Source: a virus. Taken from it: 64,000 bases of DNA. Positions 1 to 12,280 of this stretch are shown in pieces. Position numbers and translations under genes: made by a program. Each line of letters starts with the position of its first letter. Position 1 is the stretch's first letter. The notes below the pieces were generated by a model. It worked only from the letters and a program-made list of their open reading frames with translations. It was not told where the DNA came from and made no database searches. The DNA lies in the IMG/VR virus record IMGVR_UViG_3300040786_000066, one strand, 5' to 3'.

Positions 1-117
1 CCAGTCGTAAGCTTTTGAAACAGCTACAGTCCCTCCTTCTTGAAAAGCCTGTGTTTTTGCGGGTGCGTATCCTCGGGTACCGTATTTGAGAATACCCATT
101 ATCTTTCTTTTGTACAT
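1..117 (-). CDS. N-terminus of a gene running off the window (putative virion cargo protein)
   Basis: ATG at 115-117 just downstream of a GTATTATAATA motif (138-148). Reads ...TQAFQEGG after an apparent frameshift. Confidence 0.45.
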   Translation of the reverse strand, partial: MYKRKIMGILKYGTRGYAPAKTQAFQEGGTVAVSKAYDW

Positions 118-160
118 ATCAGCTAGTGTTAACTATTTATTATAATACATTATTAAAACA

Positions 161-186
161 AAAAAGGCCTCTGAGGACCTTTTTTG
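161..186 (-). terminator. intrinsic terminator
   Basis: aaaaaaggcctc-t-gaggacctttttt hairpin flanked by A/T runs, right after the stop of the large 188-3753 gene. Confidence 0.55.
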
Positions 187-187
187 A

Positions 188-3100
188 TTATGCTTCTAAT
201 GCTCGAAATTGGGTCTTGACTCCCATCATCTGTTTATCCAGTTCATCAGGATCAAACTTATTGAGTTGAATAAACTCAGTTTTATTTGTTTGACTTTATC
301 TGTCTCACCTGCAGCCACAGCTGTATCATACCTAACTTTGTACTCGTTGTTCCATTTGCTCTTCAAAGAAGCTGCATCATTAAACTGCTTGGTAAGCTGA
401 TCTGATTTCTTAGATTTCATTAAATCAGATATACCAGATACTGCAGCATTTGCAAGTCGGCCTTTTCTTTGTTGTTCTAATGTTTCGTATTGTGCTCTTG
501 CCTGAACTTTCTGTGCTACTAGATTTGCTTCTGCTGCATTATTAGCTTGTGAGTTTGCATTCATAGCATTTACAGAAGACTCCATGTTTCTGTTTTGATT
601 CGCAATCTCTTCATCTCTAGCACTCTCTACAAATCCTGCATTTCTTACAACAAGTTCTGCTCTTCTTTTCTCTCCGTCATTGTGCATGTCACGGCTCATT
701 TGAGTATTAGCAAAAGAATCAGAACTATCAGTTCTTGGCTGTAGCGTTGTTCTATTTAGACTCTCTTGTAACCGGGCATATTTCTCACTCCTCTTGATTG
801 AAATGTAGGAGCTATAATATCATCTCGAAAAGTAGTTCCTATATGTATCTTATTTGTACCCATCAAATCTGATGCTTTAAAACCTCTAGTCAACTTTGAG
901 ATTTCAGCAAGTCCCCATGGAGTTCTTTCTGCTTTTGAGCAGCAGCAATTAAAGCGTCATATTTAGCAGTAACAGCTGCTTTATCTTTATCATCTGTTTT
1001 AGCTAATTCTTCCGCTTTCATACCCTCAATCTCAACACTAGTCAATTCACCTACTGGTTTTACATCATTTGTTTTAATGCTGATTAGTTTGTTTTAGCCG
1101 CTTGCCTTGCTCTAAAATCATTGTTAATTTTGTTGACTTTAACATTCCAAGCAGTTGTTAATTTGTTTCTAGCTATCAAAGCCGCTCTTTTTTTATCTTC
1201 TACAACTGCTGCTTTGTAAGCAGGTTGCTCTTTATCATTCTTTCAAATTTAGCGCCTTCCTGAAACATCCTAACTAAACCTGCTGCAGATGATTCATTCA
1301 AAGTACCGCCGTAATGTCTGGTTTTAGGCCTTTTCTTAGACTCTAATTTAGGTGCGGCATTCTTCTTTTTTTCGTCTGTTTCTATGGCATGCAGCGCTTC
1401 CTCAATTGTTTCAAGCTGTACTTGTTTATTTCAGACAAAGCGTAGCCTTCTTTAACAAGCCTGCTTTTGCCTGCTCCATGTCATACTGGTAAAATCTATT
1501 GCCAGCAGCATCATCCACAAAATCTCCGTAAATAGTAGCCCTAGCCAAAGCTCTTGCGCTAGTGCCTCTTGATGCAACACTGCTCGGAACAACATTAGCC
1601 ACGCTAAGCGCTCCGTTTATTCCTTTTCCGGCTAAGCCAGATCCAGCTTTAACCTTTGCGAATAATTTGTTTTTTCCTTTTAATCCTTCAAAGTTCTTAG
1701 CTTCGGCATCCATCCCGTCTGTGATTCGTTTCATTTCGGCCACATCCTCAGGAGTCTTGTCCGCTTCTGCAACACCTTTATTCTTAGTCTCTAAGGCCAC
1801 TTTTTCTTTTGCAAAAGCATCCATCTTAGATTCCGATTTAGCTGCAGCAGTCACTACTGGTTTTGATGCGTCCAGTTTTTCTTGGGTTACCCCAGATTTT
1901 TCTGTGCCCTGGCTTTCAATTTGTTACCGATTATAGACCCATGCATTCTAACTGCTTCTTGTTCTGCTAGATCAAGGGCTGCTCTATCCTTTGCATTTTC
2001 TTGGTATAGTCTAAATTTATGTTCCTGTCATCGCGGTTATTAGTCATCGCGTCAGCTCGCTTCAATACCTCTGGCTGAGCGTCTTTTATTTTTTTAACCC
2101 TTAAATTTTTTGCGTCAATCAAGTCCAAATCCGCTTTATCATGGCTAGCTTTCAAAGCTCTTGATTCAACGCCTAGTTTCTTTTTTAAAGCGCTAATATC
2201 GACTTTAGGCGTAATTGGATTAATAGGGTATTAGGATTAGTCCGTATGGAACAGGAAGAGTAGGCATAGCGGCAGCAGTTCTCAGCTTCAGCATTAGCTA
2301 AATCTTTTGCCTTTAGCTGCAGCAACACTTCTTTCCCCTTAGCAACTAATTTCTGTTTTGCAAGCGCTGCACCTGCTTGGGTCTCTATCTTAGCTGTTCT
2401 CTTTAACAAGTTTTCTTGCAGTTTAGGGATCCTGGCTTTAGCCAATGCTGCAGCTTCTTCGAGTTTTGCCGGTTTAACAGTTTTAGAAAATCCCTAATTC
2501 TTCATTGGCCACTCTTGTTTTGTTGTAAGAGTTCCTCGTGTAGCGTACCTACTAGCGGCAGCTCCTCCGGCAGCTCAACCATGAACTGAGCCATAGAAGC
2601 CATCTTACGATAATCCTCCATTTCCCAAGTAGTATCTTTATCCATGGTCTTTTCCCAATCTATTCCGACAGCTGTGTCAAGAGTACCTTTAAGCATCATT
2701 AAGTGCATAGACTTTCTGAGTATTTTTCCCTTTGAAACCCCTTTAAGACTGCTTACTAAACTTACCGGCATTACAGAAACAGTTTCCATGGCTTCAAGCC
2801 CTCCTCGTATAGCCGCATTTTTCCACATTTCTCCTGCAGAGACGTCATTGTCCAATAAATCACCGTACATGCTCATACCTAATGCGGCTACACCTCCAGT
2901 TATGCTGGTGGCCACTCCAGCCCCTGCCATAAAACCAGTTCCCCAGTTGCCCCTGTTATCACTTTTCCAGTAACCCCGGCAAGCGAACTTACAAGGTCAA
3001 CTCCCAAAGCAGCCATATGCCATCTCTCAGATTCAGTAAACAAATCCTGATTAGGATCGTCGTTAATAAGTTTAGCTAATTTTTTAGGGTTTGTCTCAAC

Positions 3101-3753
3101 GTCTGTTACAGGAACCGGTACTCCCGTCGCAGATACGGGCCCGCTGAATTTATCCAGCAAATCCGCTACTTCAAGAATACCGTTAGAAGCGTATATTTTT
3201 TGCCACTTTCCATGCTTTCCATCCAGTACACTCCACCAGGCCCTTTCATAACATTGAAATTATTGGCCTTCATAGTGTCAAAATTTGCATGGCTCTTCCG
3301 TACTTAATTTGATCATCGGATGACAAATTGTACTTAGAGTCTTTAATATTTGCACGCATGGTAACTGTGTCTATGTCAACAAGAGATTTGTCGTCAGGAA
3401 CAAGCGTGTTCATAGTCGGCTGACCCCGGTCAATATAGTATGCAATGCATATCTTGAATCTGTATCGTTGACTGCATCAGCTTTAATATACCTATTAGCT
3501 AAATTACCGTCTATATCAGCAAGCTTCTCAGCATTGTATTGAGTTCTATTTATGGCTGTTCTTGAAGGTTTCAAGAAAGTATCCATCGCACTTGTCGGAG
3601 CTTTTGGCTTAGCCGGTGCCGTATTCTTTGGTTTCAAAGTAGCCGGAGCTTTGTAGCAGCCGGAGCTACAGGCACGGGATTACTTGGAAGAGCTGCATTA
3701 GCGCCACCACCACCTGCCATAGGGACTGATTTTTCTATTGTATCGTTTGCCAT
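188..3753 (-). CDS. large Ala/Lys-rich putative internal virion/ejection (cargo) protein, frameshift-fragmented
   Basis: Consecutive - strand fragments (3410-3637, 2900-3160, 2502-2930, 2185-2445, 1967-2155, 1426-1854, 226-699) with coiled-coil and Gly/Ala hydrophobic helices. The position matches cargo genes in crAss-like genomes. Confidence 0.5.
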
Positions 3754-3851
3754 GTTATTAGCTTGTGCTGATTAGTATGATAATAAAGAGACCCCTGCCT
3801 CATCGTTAGACAAGAAGGGTACTAGTTTCAAGGTATACTTAAGGAAATTGC

Positions 3852-4157
3852 TTAAGCTATTGTCCCTACAAATTTTCCACCTTTTCTAAATACTGGTTGT
3901 GCTTCTTGAGGGGCCATTTCTTCCTCACCTCCACCACCGCCAGCTTGAACTTCTTGCAAAATCATAGGAGCTAACATAGCACCTAGTTGAGCAGCAGCTG
4001 CTTGATCACCTCCTACAGTAGCCTGAGCTAATGCAAGAATTTCTTCCTCTTGTCCACCGCCGCCTTGTTCAGGACCTGCTTGAACTGGAGCCGCAGCCGG
4101 AGCCACACCACCTTCTTGAAATCTTCTTTTCTTTCCGTATGCGTTTAAATAACTCAT
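3852..4157 (-). CDS. small Gln/Ala/Gly-rich virion protein with FQEGG and FRKGG motifs
   Basis: Intact 101-aa ORF with the late-promoter motif upstream at 4193-4204. Confidence 0.7.
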   Translation of the reverse strand: MSYLNAYGKKRRFQEGGVAPAAAPVQAGPEQGGGGQEEEILALAQATVGGDQAAAAQLGAMLAPMILQEVQAGGGGGEEEMAPQEAQPVFRKGGKFVGTIA

Positions 4158-4217
4158 GATCTATTTATTTTAGGTTGTTGTAATTACTTCTTTAATATAA
4201 TACTCAAATTAATTCAA

Positions 4218-5315
4218 TTAATACTCCTCTACATACTTTCCATAAAGCAAGTATGGTTTGGGATCATTCAAAGGATTATCAAAATCCCTGAGGTCTTTTC
4301 CATCAGCTCCTATAGAAGAAATACTGACTTTTATATGTGGCCCTGTTTGAGATCCAGAACCTCTATAAGAACTAGCCTCATGTATCAAGTCTCCTCTTTT
4401 ATATTTCTTGTTCAAATGCTTCTCTTTCTCGTCCCAAAGTTTTGGATCAAGATGCATGTAATTAAAGTCTTTCCAGTAGCGTCGTCTCTCATTACTGCAT
4501 AGACACCTGCTGAAGCCCCTTTAGTAGGTGATATAATAGAGCCGTCTCCCTGCTTACGTATGCTTATTAAAGTACTGTCTGTCAATACTATAGGAAGATT
4601 ACTTGCTTTACCGTCCCTGCTATAGCCTACCATATCCATACCTTTAGAATGGTGCCCTCTCTTCCAGGAACAGCATTAGCCCGGAACGGATCCCAAAGTG
4701 TTAGTTACTTTGTATATATTATTACCTACGTTGACAGCGTCTCCAATGTTGACAGCCTTTTTACCATTCTTTCAGCAGCTGTAACATTAGTTGTTTTAAC
4801 AGCTTCTGCGGCAACCACTTTTGAGCGGCACTAGCGTACACTTCAGGTTCTATCAAAAGTCGTCTCCTGCAGAAGATTGAGCAGCCTGAGCTTCTTGCCC
4901 TTTTCCGGGCTATCATCCTCTATAGATTTCTCCGAAGCTTCTGCTTGTTGCTGTTTGCTGGCGGCAAGTTTTTCTATAGCAGCTCTCAAGCTTTCACTTA
5001 ATTCTAAGTTCTGCTCATCACCACTTTGGATTTGTTTGCTCATTCTATCAAGCTCTTTCTCACTATTCTGGCCCATCTCCAAAATCTTTTTCCTTGGGCT
5101 TTCTCCATCTGCTTTAATTTCTCATCATAATTAGCAGCTAGTTGATCTGTATCAGGAGTATTGTTTGAAGCATTAGCTGCTCTGTTAGCAACAGCTGCTG
5201 GTCTAAGCTCTTCAGAAACGCCGTCCATAGAGCGATCGAAGTCATAGTTAGACTTTCTTTTGTTATAGGATTTAGCTTTTAGCGACCTGTATGATTGTGA
5301 GTTGAGGTTGTCCAT
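4218..5315 (-). CDS. hypothetical protein, frameshifted; C-terminus loosely resembles an M23-like 'GS..TGPH' segment
   Basis: Fragments 5040-5315, 4843-5082, 4412-4639, 4218-4457. Confidence 0.45.
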
Positions 5316-6086
5316 TTAGGCGGCTTTTAAACGTATTCTGGTTTTGTGTGTTTTGCTTGTGTATAATCTGATTCATGAGCTCTCAAGTTCTTCCTCATTA
5401 GCTTCCCCTCTGTCTACTTTTTTTTGAAAGAGCCACTAATTTCTCAGTGTGCTCAATTGAAAAATACGCTCTCCGCCAACTATGTTCATCAAAACCTTGC
5501 CGGTATCGTCAAGTACCTGCATAGCATTAGCATCTGACTTTACCTGATCTTCGTATATTTTAAAACTACCGCCACTCTTAAAAGCTGCTTTGCGTTTTCA
5601 GGTACAGTAGATACTCTCACTATAATATTCACACTAGTAGGGGTGTCGTGTTTTGCGATACCCTCCTCAGCTTCTTCTTCTTCTTCAGTTTCTGCGTCCA
5701 CAAGAGGCGCTTCAGTTTCTTCGGCCATTCCAACTGCGGATAAAGATCTGACGTACAGCTTATAAGTTCCCCTACAAGTCCCGCGCCTTCATCTTTATTT
5801 ACTTCTAATACAAATCGAACGCCTTCTACTGAAGTTTCAAAGTTACCTGGCTTCAAAGAACGTACAGCTACTACTTCCTTGCTCATGTTGATAAAAATCA
5901 TATCCAATGGATAGTTCATATCTTTCATGTTCATAGTAACTTTCTGCTCTTTCTTGAAATCAAACAGCATGCCTTTGTTTTACCAAGGGCTGGTTTATTT
6001 GCAAGTCCTTCCTTCATCCTAGCCGGATCAGAAATCACAGCTACTTTGAATTCAGTATCCTTTATTTTAAGCGAATATAGACTCAT
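5316..6086 (-). CDS. DUF192-like domain protein with acidic linker, frameshifted
   Basis: GMLFDF...MNMKDMNYPLDMIFIN...RFVLEVN matches the DUF192 pattern. Confidence 0.65.
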
Positions 6087-6103
6087 CTTTGTTTTTATTA
6101 TAG

Positions 6104-7286
6104 TTATTCAAGTCGTTGAATTTATCTGTAAAGAATGCGTGTTGTTAAGCACCTGGCTTCTCACGTACTCCCTAACTTTTAAGGTCCCCAGACTTCACTA
6201 GTTTTTCTACATTTTTAGTAGCCGCTAAAGTAAAGATCATTTCATCTCTTTCAATCTCATACTTCTTTTCACAGGAGTTATTTTTGCATTTAACTACCGG
6301 CATGCCCTTATCTCCTAATTTATTGAACTCTTCGTGAAGGACACCATTAGGTATAATGTTCTCTGTAGCAGTGATGCTACCTCCACGCTTAAACTTTTTT
6401 GGCGGTTCTGCGTTTAGTACTTGAAGTCTTTTACAGAAGTGCTAGGCTTAACTGAGTAATGAAAAGATCCTCCAGTTTTTCTAGATAAATACCCTGTTAG
6501 ATTAGCTTCCTGAGTGTTTCCTGTAGTTGGAATACTTAATGCTAATGAAGCGTCTCTACCAGCTAGCTCCGCTCTTCTCTTAGCAGATGCTGCAGATGCA
6601 AACATTCTATCTTGTTCACCAGTAAGTGTTCTGGCTTCCTTCTTCATTTTCTTAGACTTAAATAGTCCAGAAATAACTCCGACTACTGCTCCTACTCCTG
6701 CGCCTATTGCGGTTCCAATTCCAGGCATTATGGTAGTCCCTAAAGAAGCCCTGTACCAACACCTTTAAAGTACTGCTCATCAAAACGCCTTTCTTCTCTT
6801 TTTTAGTAAAGGTAGCCGCGTCGCCATCTCCTTTGCCTATAGCAGATCCTAACATTCCTATAGCAACACCTGCAACACCTGCTGCTCCGGCCATATCAAA
6901 ACTTCCTCCTTTAATTTTAAGGTCCTTCATAGGGCTTGCTATTGAAGTAGAAGCCGCTTGTTTACCAAACATTCCGGCAGCACTGTTTTATTAAACGCTC
7001 CTTGAAACTTGTTTGCGCCAAAACCGCCTGAAAACTATCCACTGGAGCTGAGAATTGCTTAGCCACTCCTGTATTAAAATTATTAGATGCAGCTTTAGCA
7101 TACCCGTCTAAAGGATTTCTAGGGCTCTCATTCCAAAAGGAATACTAGGCTGCTTGCCAAATAAATTAGCGTCTCCAAATTGGTACCCTATAGGTTTAAC
7201 CTCCTCAGCTGAAAACGCGTTTCCTGTTTGAAATTTAGGGACCTTATTCCTTGTGTACATAAGGCCCGGTTTTTTGAATTTATCAT
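6104..7286 (-). CDS. glycine-zipper-containing putative cargo protein, frameshifted
   Basis: PGIGTAIGAGVGAVVGVISG segment. C-terminal NIIPNGVLHEE...YEIERDEMIFT motif of the kind seen in crAss-like virion proteins. Confidence 0.5.
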
Positions 7287-7292
7287 AATATG

Positions 7293-9736
7293 TTATGAGT
7301 TAGATATGTAAACAGTGTCATCTACTGGTAATGGACCTCCAGAGCTTCTTCCAGTTATTCTTACTGATGCATTATATGCAGCATCTCCAGGGCTTCCATA
7401 ATAACTAGCGCTTGCGTTTCCGTTTAAGTCTAATTGAACTGAGCCAGCTACTATATTATAAGTTGCAAACACTGTAGGAGCGCTTATTGGAGGTGCAAAA
7501 TCTAAAGAGCCAAAATAAACTGAATCAAAATAAGTCATTGTAATCGCTAGATTAAGAGACTCATTAGGTTCTCCTCCTGTAATGTTTATAGTACCACCTG
7601 CTTGAGTAGGTGCTGAAGTAGCAATTGTCAGTGCTCCTCGAGTAGTTGGTGTAGGCTCAGGCTCAGGCTCAGGTGCTGGTGCTGGTGCTGGTGCAGGTGC
7701 TGGTGCCTGGGCATTCTCCCATTAAGGTTATGATACCATGGCTCGCTGTAGCTGTGTTTTGTCTGGCACAGAATATATACTGAGAACCTAAGGCTCCGTA
7801 GTAATCACTGAGTCCGCCAGTTGTTCCATCAGGGTTTGTATACGTCAAAGTAACATAAGTGTCTTCAGTTATTCCTCCCAAAGACCATTCGTATTCCTTA
7901 GTAACTACGGCAGGTGCCGGCTCTGGAGCAGGTGCGCCACAAACAGTAAGCCCAGGTAATTGAGTAGGTGTAGTAACAGCCCTGTAAAGTAACTAGTTTC
8001 TTCCATACAACTTCCTTGACCACAGTCAGATGCTCTGCTTGTATAATTCATATAACTAACAGAGCTTTGTCCAGAAGCTATTGTCATTGGATAGCTATCT
8101 GTAAAAGGAGCAGAATTACATTGATTTACGTCAAGAGCTATGTAGAACGTATAAGGCTCAGCGGCCACCACTGGGTTTCCAGCCGAATTTCTCAATGTAA
8201 TAGTAATAGTTTCACTTTGAGTAGTGTAAGGAGTACCTAAACAACTCTCGTTAAATGAAGCATTAGTTACTTGAGTTAAACCATAACAGCTAATTGCGGA
8301 CGAAGCTGCCGGGATAAATTCTATTTCATTTGAATACACTAAAGGAGCATTTACACTTTGCATTCTAAATCTAGTAGTAACAGTAGGTGTAGGTATATCA
8401 CATCTAGGGCTAGTAAAAGATCCTGTATTGTTTGTCCATGTAGCGCCGTTATCAATACTAGTCTGTACAGTGATTGAAGCTTGAGCAGGTCCTGAAGTAG
8501 TAAAGTACAAGCAACCGCCTGTGAAAGAATTCAAAACAATAGATAAAACAGAGCAAGCCTGAAATTGACTAACAACATTTCCGTCCCAATATGCTTTGTT
8601 AGTTCCATCTGAATACCAACCTGGAGCGGCCTTAGTCACATTGTCTGTAACTAAAATTACAGATGAAGTACTAAAAGGCAGAACAGTAAGTCTAAATTCT
8701 GAAGTAGGAGAAGAGCATACATCCGATGTGACTGCTGTAGAAAACATCACAGAGAAATAAGTAATTACCTCTTCAATAATCCTTCTAAGCTTAAAATATT
8801 TTGTTTAAATAACCACATAATTACACGTTTAAAAGCTGTTTAAATAAGTTCATAACACTACACTTTTGTAGTTCCAAATACATAATACTCTGAGGTAGAA
8901 ATACCTTGCTCTATAAAAGCTTGGTCGTATCTATCTTTTATTCTAAATCCGTTAATAGCATTCTTAAGAGTCATACCAGCAGCACCTGTTAAAGTTACTT
9001 CACCGGCTCCGTCTCGTATAAAGCCAACTTGCATCTTTAACTGAAGAGCTACTGGTATTGTTATAGTAACTGCAGTAGCGCCGTTTATTATAACTAGCGA
9101 CTTGCCTTTATCAGCATCTAAAATAGTATAATTTGTGCCCACAAAATCAGCAGGGTAAACTATGAACTTCTGGTCCGTTAAAGCGCTGGCTCCTGGATCC
9201 CCTGGCAAACCTTTCAAAGAAGCTATCCACTGAGCTTCAGTACCAACAAAGCCGCCGTTCAGTGCAGAAGTATACGCAGATATTCCATTAACGCCATCAA
9301 AATAGTCAGTTCCTTTTACAGGAGTATAGCCATCGTTAGCTAGAAAGATGTGCGAAACACGTACCTGTCTATATCAAGAGCAGGATTAATCTCTACATCG
9401 TAAAACTAAAGCCCATCACAGACCCTACTGAGTTCATAGTAAGAATACCATCGCCGTTGTCAAACCCATTAATAGACGGTCTTGAACCTAGCGAACCATT
9501 ATCTATAAAATCAGCTATAATTGAAGAGTAGCCATAGAACAAAGAAATGTTTTGGTTACCTCCGTCAGCTCCTGGCGCAGCATAAGTAAAACCAAAGTCT
9601 GTGATCTAGGGTCATAAGCTAGTAAAACTTGTCTCCCATTAGTCTGTTCCCAGGTAAGGTTAAACAAGTCAAGGTCTTTGAACTCTTGTATTTCTTCAAA
9701 GGATACCCTTTGTATGTTTGGATTAGTGTCTCCCAT
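7293..9736 (-). CDS. putative tail fibre/adhesin with collagen-like segment and Cys/Ser/Thr-rich beta domains (one or more genes, frameshifted)
   Basis: GYTPVKGTDYFDG and WIASLKGLPGDPG segments; fragments 9515-9736, 8858-9217, 7905-8750, 7669-7881, 7293-7538; Pro-Ala/Pro-Glu linker near 7651-7710. Confidence 0.55.
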
Positions 9737-9739
9737 CTT

Positions 9740-10461
9740 CTTAGTTTTATACTTTGTTTATGATCTTTTAACTACGTGTAAGACCTGATCTACTATAATT
9801 GTTAAAATCACGCCTGCAACTGTGCCTTTTAAAAAGAATTTCTTACTTTTCTTCTGTTGTCTTTAAGCTGCTCTTTTGTATTGCTACTAAATTTTTTCTA
9901 TCTCACGCTGCTTTAGAATTATCACCTCAAGACTATCGGCTCTCATATCCTTTAACTGTATAACTTTGACATACAAAGTTTTAGTTGCACTGCACTCTGA
10001 TAAAGACTTCTTAAGAACAATAACTTTTCAGCGTCTATTTTACCACGTTGAATCTTTACAAAATACTGTCTCTCTGAAGTAATAGTACGTGTTGTCGGGC
10101 TACTCGTTAATTGCTTTTGTGAATAGACGCCACTTGTCGTCATCATTAGAAGAACTGTAACTAGCAAGAGAAGCTTTAAGCTTTTTTCGATTTCATAATA
10201 ACTGAGTTTATATTTTTCTTCAGAGGCTTGTAAGCTGTCTGCCTCAAGCATTAATTTATTGGCTTCGTTATCTAACACTACTACTGCTTTTCAAGATCAC
10301 CAATAGCCTGTTTTTGAGTTAAATTAATAGCCTCCTTTTTTCTTATCGATTCGCTGTAATCATTTGATATACCCACTTGTCTCATAATAGATAGGCTTAC
10401 TATTAAGACGATCACAGCAATGTATATGTAAACTCTGTCTGTTTTTCAGTTATTATTTTCA
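9740..10461 (-). CDS. putative spanin-like pair (transmembrane plus coiled-coil), frameshifted
   Basis: N-terminal TM helix, coiled-coil and an overlapping signal-peptide-like ORF, located after holin and endolysin. Confidence 0.4.
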
Positions 10462-10549
10462 TGTGTTAAATTTAAGTTTATCTATACAGCATTCTCATCC
10501 TGCTGTGTAGCGGAATCAGCTGACTTTAATCGGGTTAGAAAATTAAATT

Positions 10550-11132
10550 GCAATATCTCAAATATTTTTCTCCTAGCGTAAACAAGTAAGGCGCTTTTCC
10601 GTAGATAGCTTTTATGTTTTCTCCTATACTAATGAACTCACGAAATCCAAAAGTATAATAGGGACTACTGAAAATATTCTGATTAAAGTATGAAAACCTG
10701 CTGCTTCTATAGTTCCTGTCGCACGCGTAACAAAGCCATTTTCTACGGCCATTTCATAAACGCTATGTGATAAAACTAGCCAGAGGTATAAAGAAATAAA
10801 TTTAAATATGGTAAAAGTAATTTTGGTGCTTTTATTCTGTGCTTTTCGTATTCATCCATATCCCCTTTGTTTCGAGCAATAATTGCTTTAGTATGTGACG
10901 CAGCACTTCCAGTCCACCAATCCATAATTATAAAAAATCCAACTGTTACAATCATTCCAACTGTAACACCTAAAAAATCAAGTCTTAAAAATACAGCCAC
11001 AGCCTCTAAAGAAACTGCAGATAAAATAGAACCGCCAAGAAACTGGCTTGTATTTTGCCCTGCCATGGACTTTAATGGACCCAGCAATGGCGTATAGTAT
11101 GAAATCATATCTTTATAAACTCCCATTAGCAT
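10550..11132 (-). CDS. putative holin
   Basis: Several TM helices, a 'FIIMDWWTG' motif and a later 'REFISIGENI' motif typical of phage holins; next to the endolysin. Confidence 0.6.
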
Positions 11133-11254
11133 TATATTAGTAATTCAACATGCAGCGCCTGGCTGCCTTTAGTAGTTTCGTATTGTTTCTTATCTCCTAT
11201 TATAATACCAATAAATTCAATAATTGTGCACTTCTGTAGAGATTAAATTAGAAG

Positions 11255-11721
11255 TTAGTCCTTGACTTGAAAGTGCATCCAGTCATAGTTCTTTTCTCTC
11301 CCAAGACTTACAAAACCGTGCTTGTAAAAAATGTCTATAAATTGCTTGTATTCTGGACGTGCAAAACGAGCAGTCTTAGAAGTTTCTTTCAGTAAATTTC
11401 TGTCTGGATCTAGATCGATCGCAACACCCCAAGAGTGTAAACTAAGCTGGGTACCGCCTCTCATTTTTCTGTAGTTAAAGCATCCTCCGAAATCATCAAG
11501 CTGCAAAGCTTTTATTTTCTCTATTCCGTACACAGCAAGGATCTCTTTAAATATGGCAACTAGTTTGTCTGCAACTAGTTTATGACATGATATTTTTTTA
11601 ACTTTTGTACTAGAAGCCCAATTCAAAACATAGGATATGGCAAGTCAATAACTGTAAGATATCCTGCTCCGGTTGCATTAGGTGTACCGTATTTTTCTAG
11701 CAATGTTTTTTGACTAATCAT
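11255..11721 (-). CDS. endolysin, M15-family zinc peptidase
   Basis: [24 protein letters not shown]...DWMHFQ (SxHxxxxAxD and DxxH motifs). N-terminus frameshifted, start at 11721. Confidence 0.88.
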
Positions 11722-11812
11722 AATTTTATTGTTGTTTAGTTTTTCCAAATGGTTGTTAAACTATAATACTTTTAATTTATCAATTAATGTGGCTAAGAGC
11801 ATATGTTGTATA

Positions 11813-12278
11813 CTATTTAGACATAAGAGTACTGTAGTCTTCTGAAAAGATTAATTTCTGTGACTTTGTAGTTCTTCCTCTTTTAAAATACGAATAAGGT
11901 GTAAATACCAAAGTAGCTATAGTAAGCCCAACAAACTTGCTGTAAGAACTGTAAGAACCTTTGCCTTTTCGTTCTCCTCCTTTAGCAAGTAACCAATCCG
12001 CTTGCCATTTCATTTTAAGGTTTACTCCTGCGTTACATACGCCGTAATGGTAATCGTGCAGCAGCGTCCAAGTCTATGCCAGGCACATCCATAAGGTCTT
12101 TTACTATAGTAGCTCCGTCAAAGTCATCCGGGTTTTCCCAGAAGTAATCGAAAGCTTTTATATAAACTGCAATTTGTTCAGCAGAATACCCTTTTGCATC
12201 TAAAAGATGAAATACACGATCCCTTGACAAAGAATTACATGATCCGGCTATGAAAAATGTTGATTTAGATCCTAGCAT
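11813..12278 (-). CDS. hypothetical protein, frameshifted
   Basis: Fragments 12033-12278 and 11813-12013 read as one coding stretch. Confidence 0.5.
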
Positions 12279-12280
12279 AA

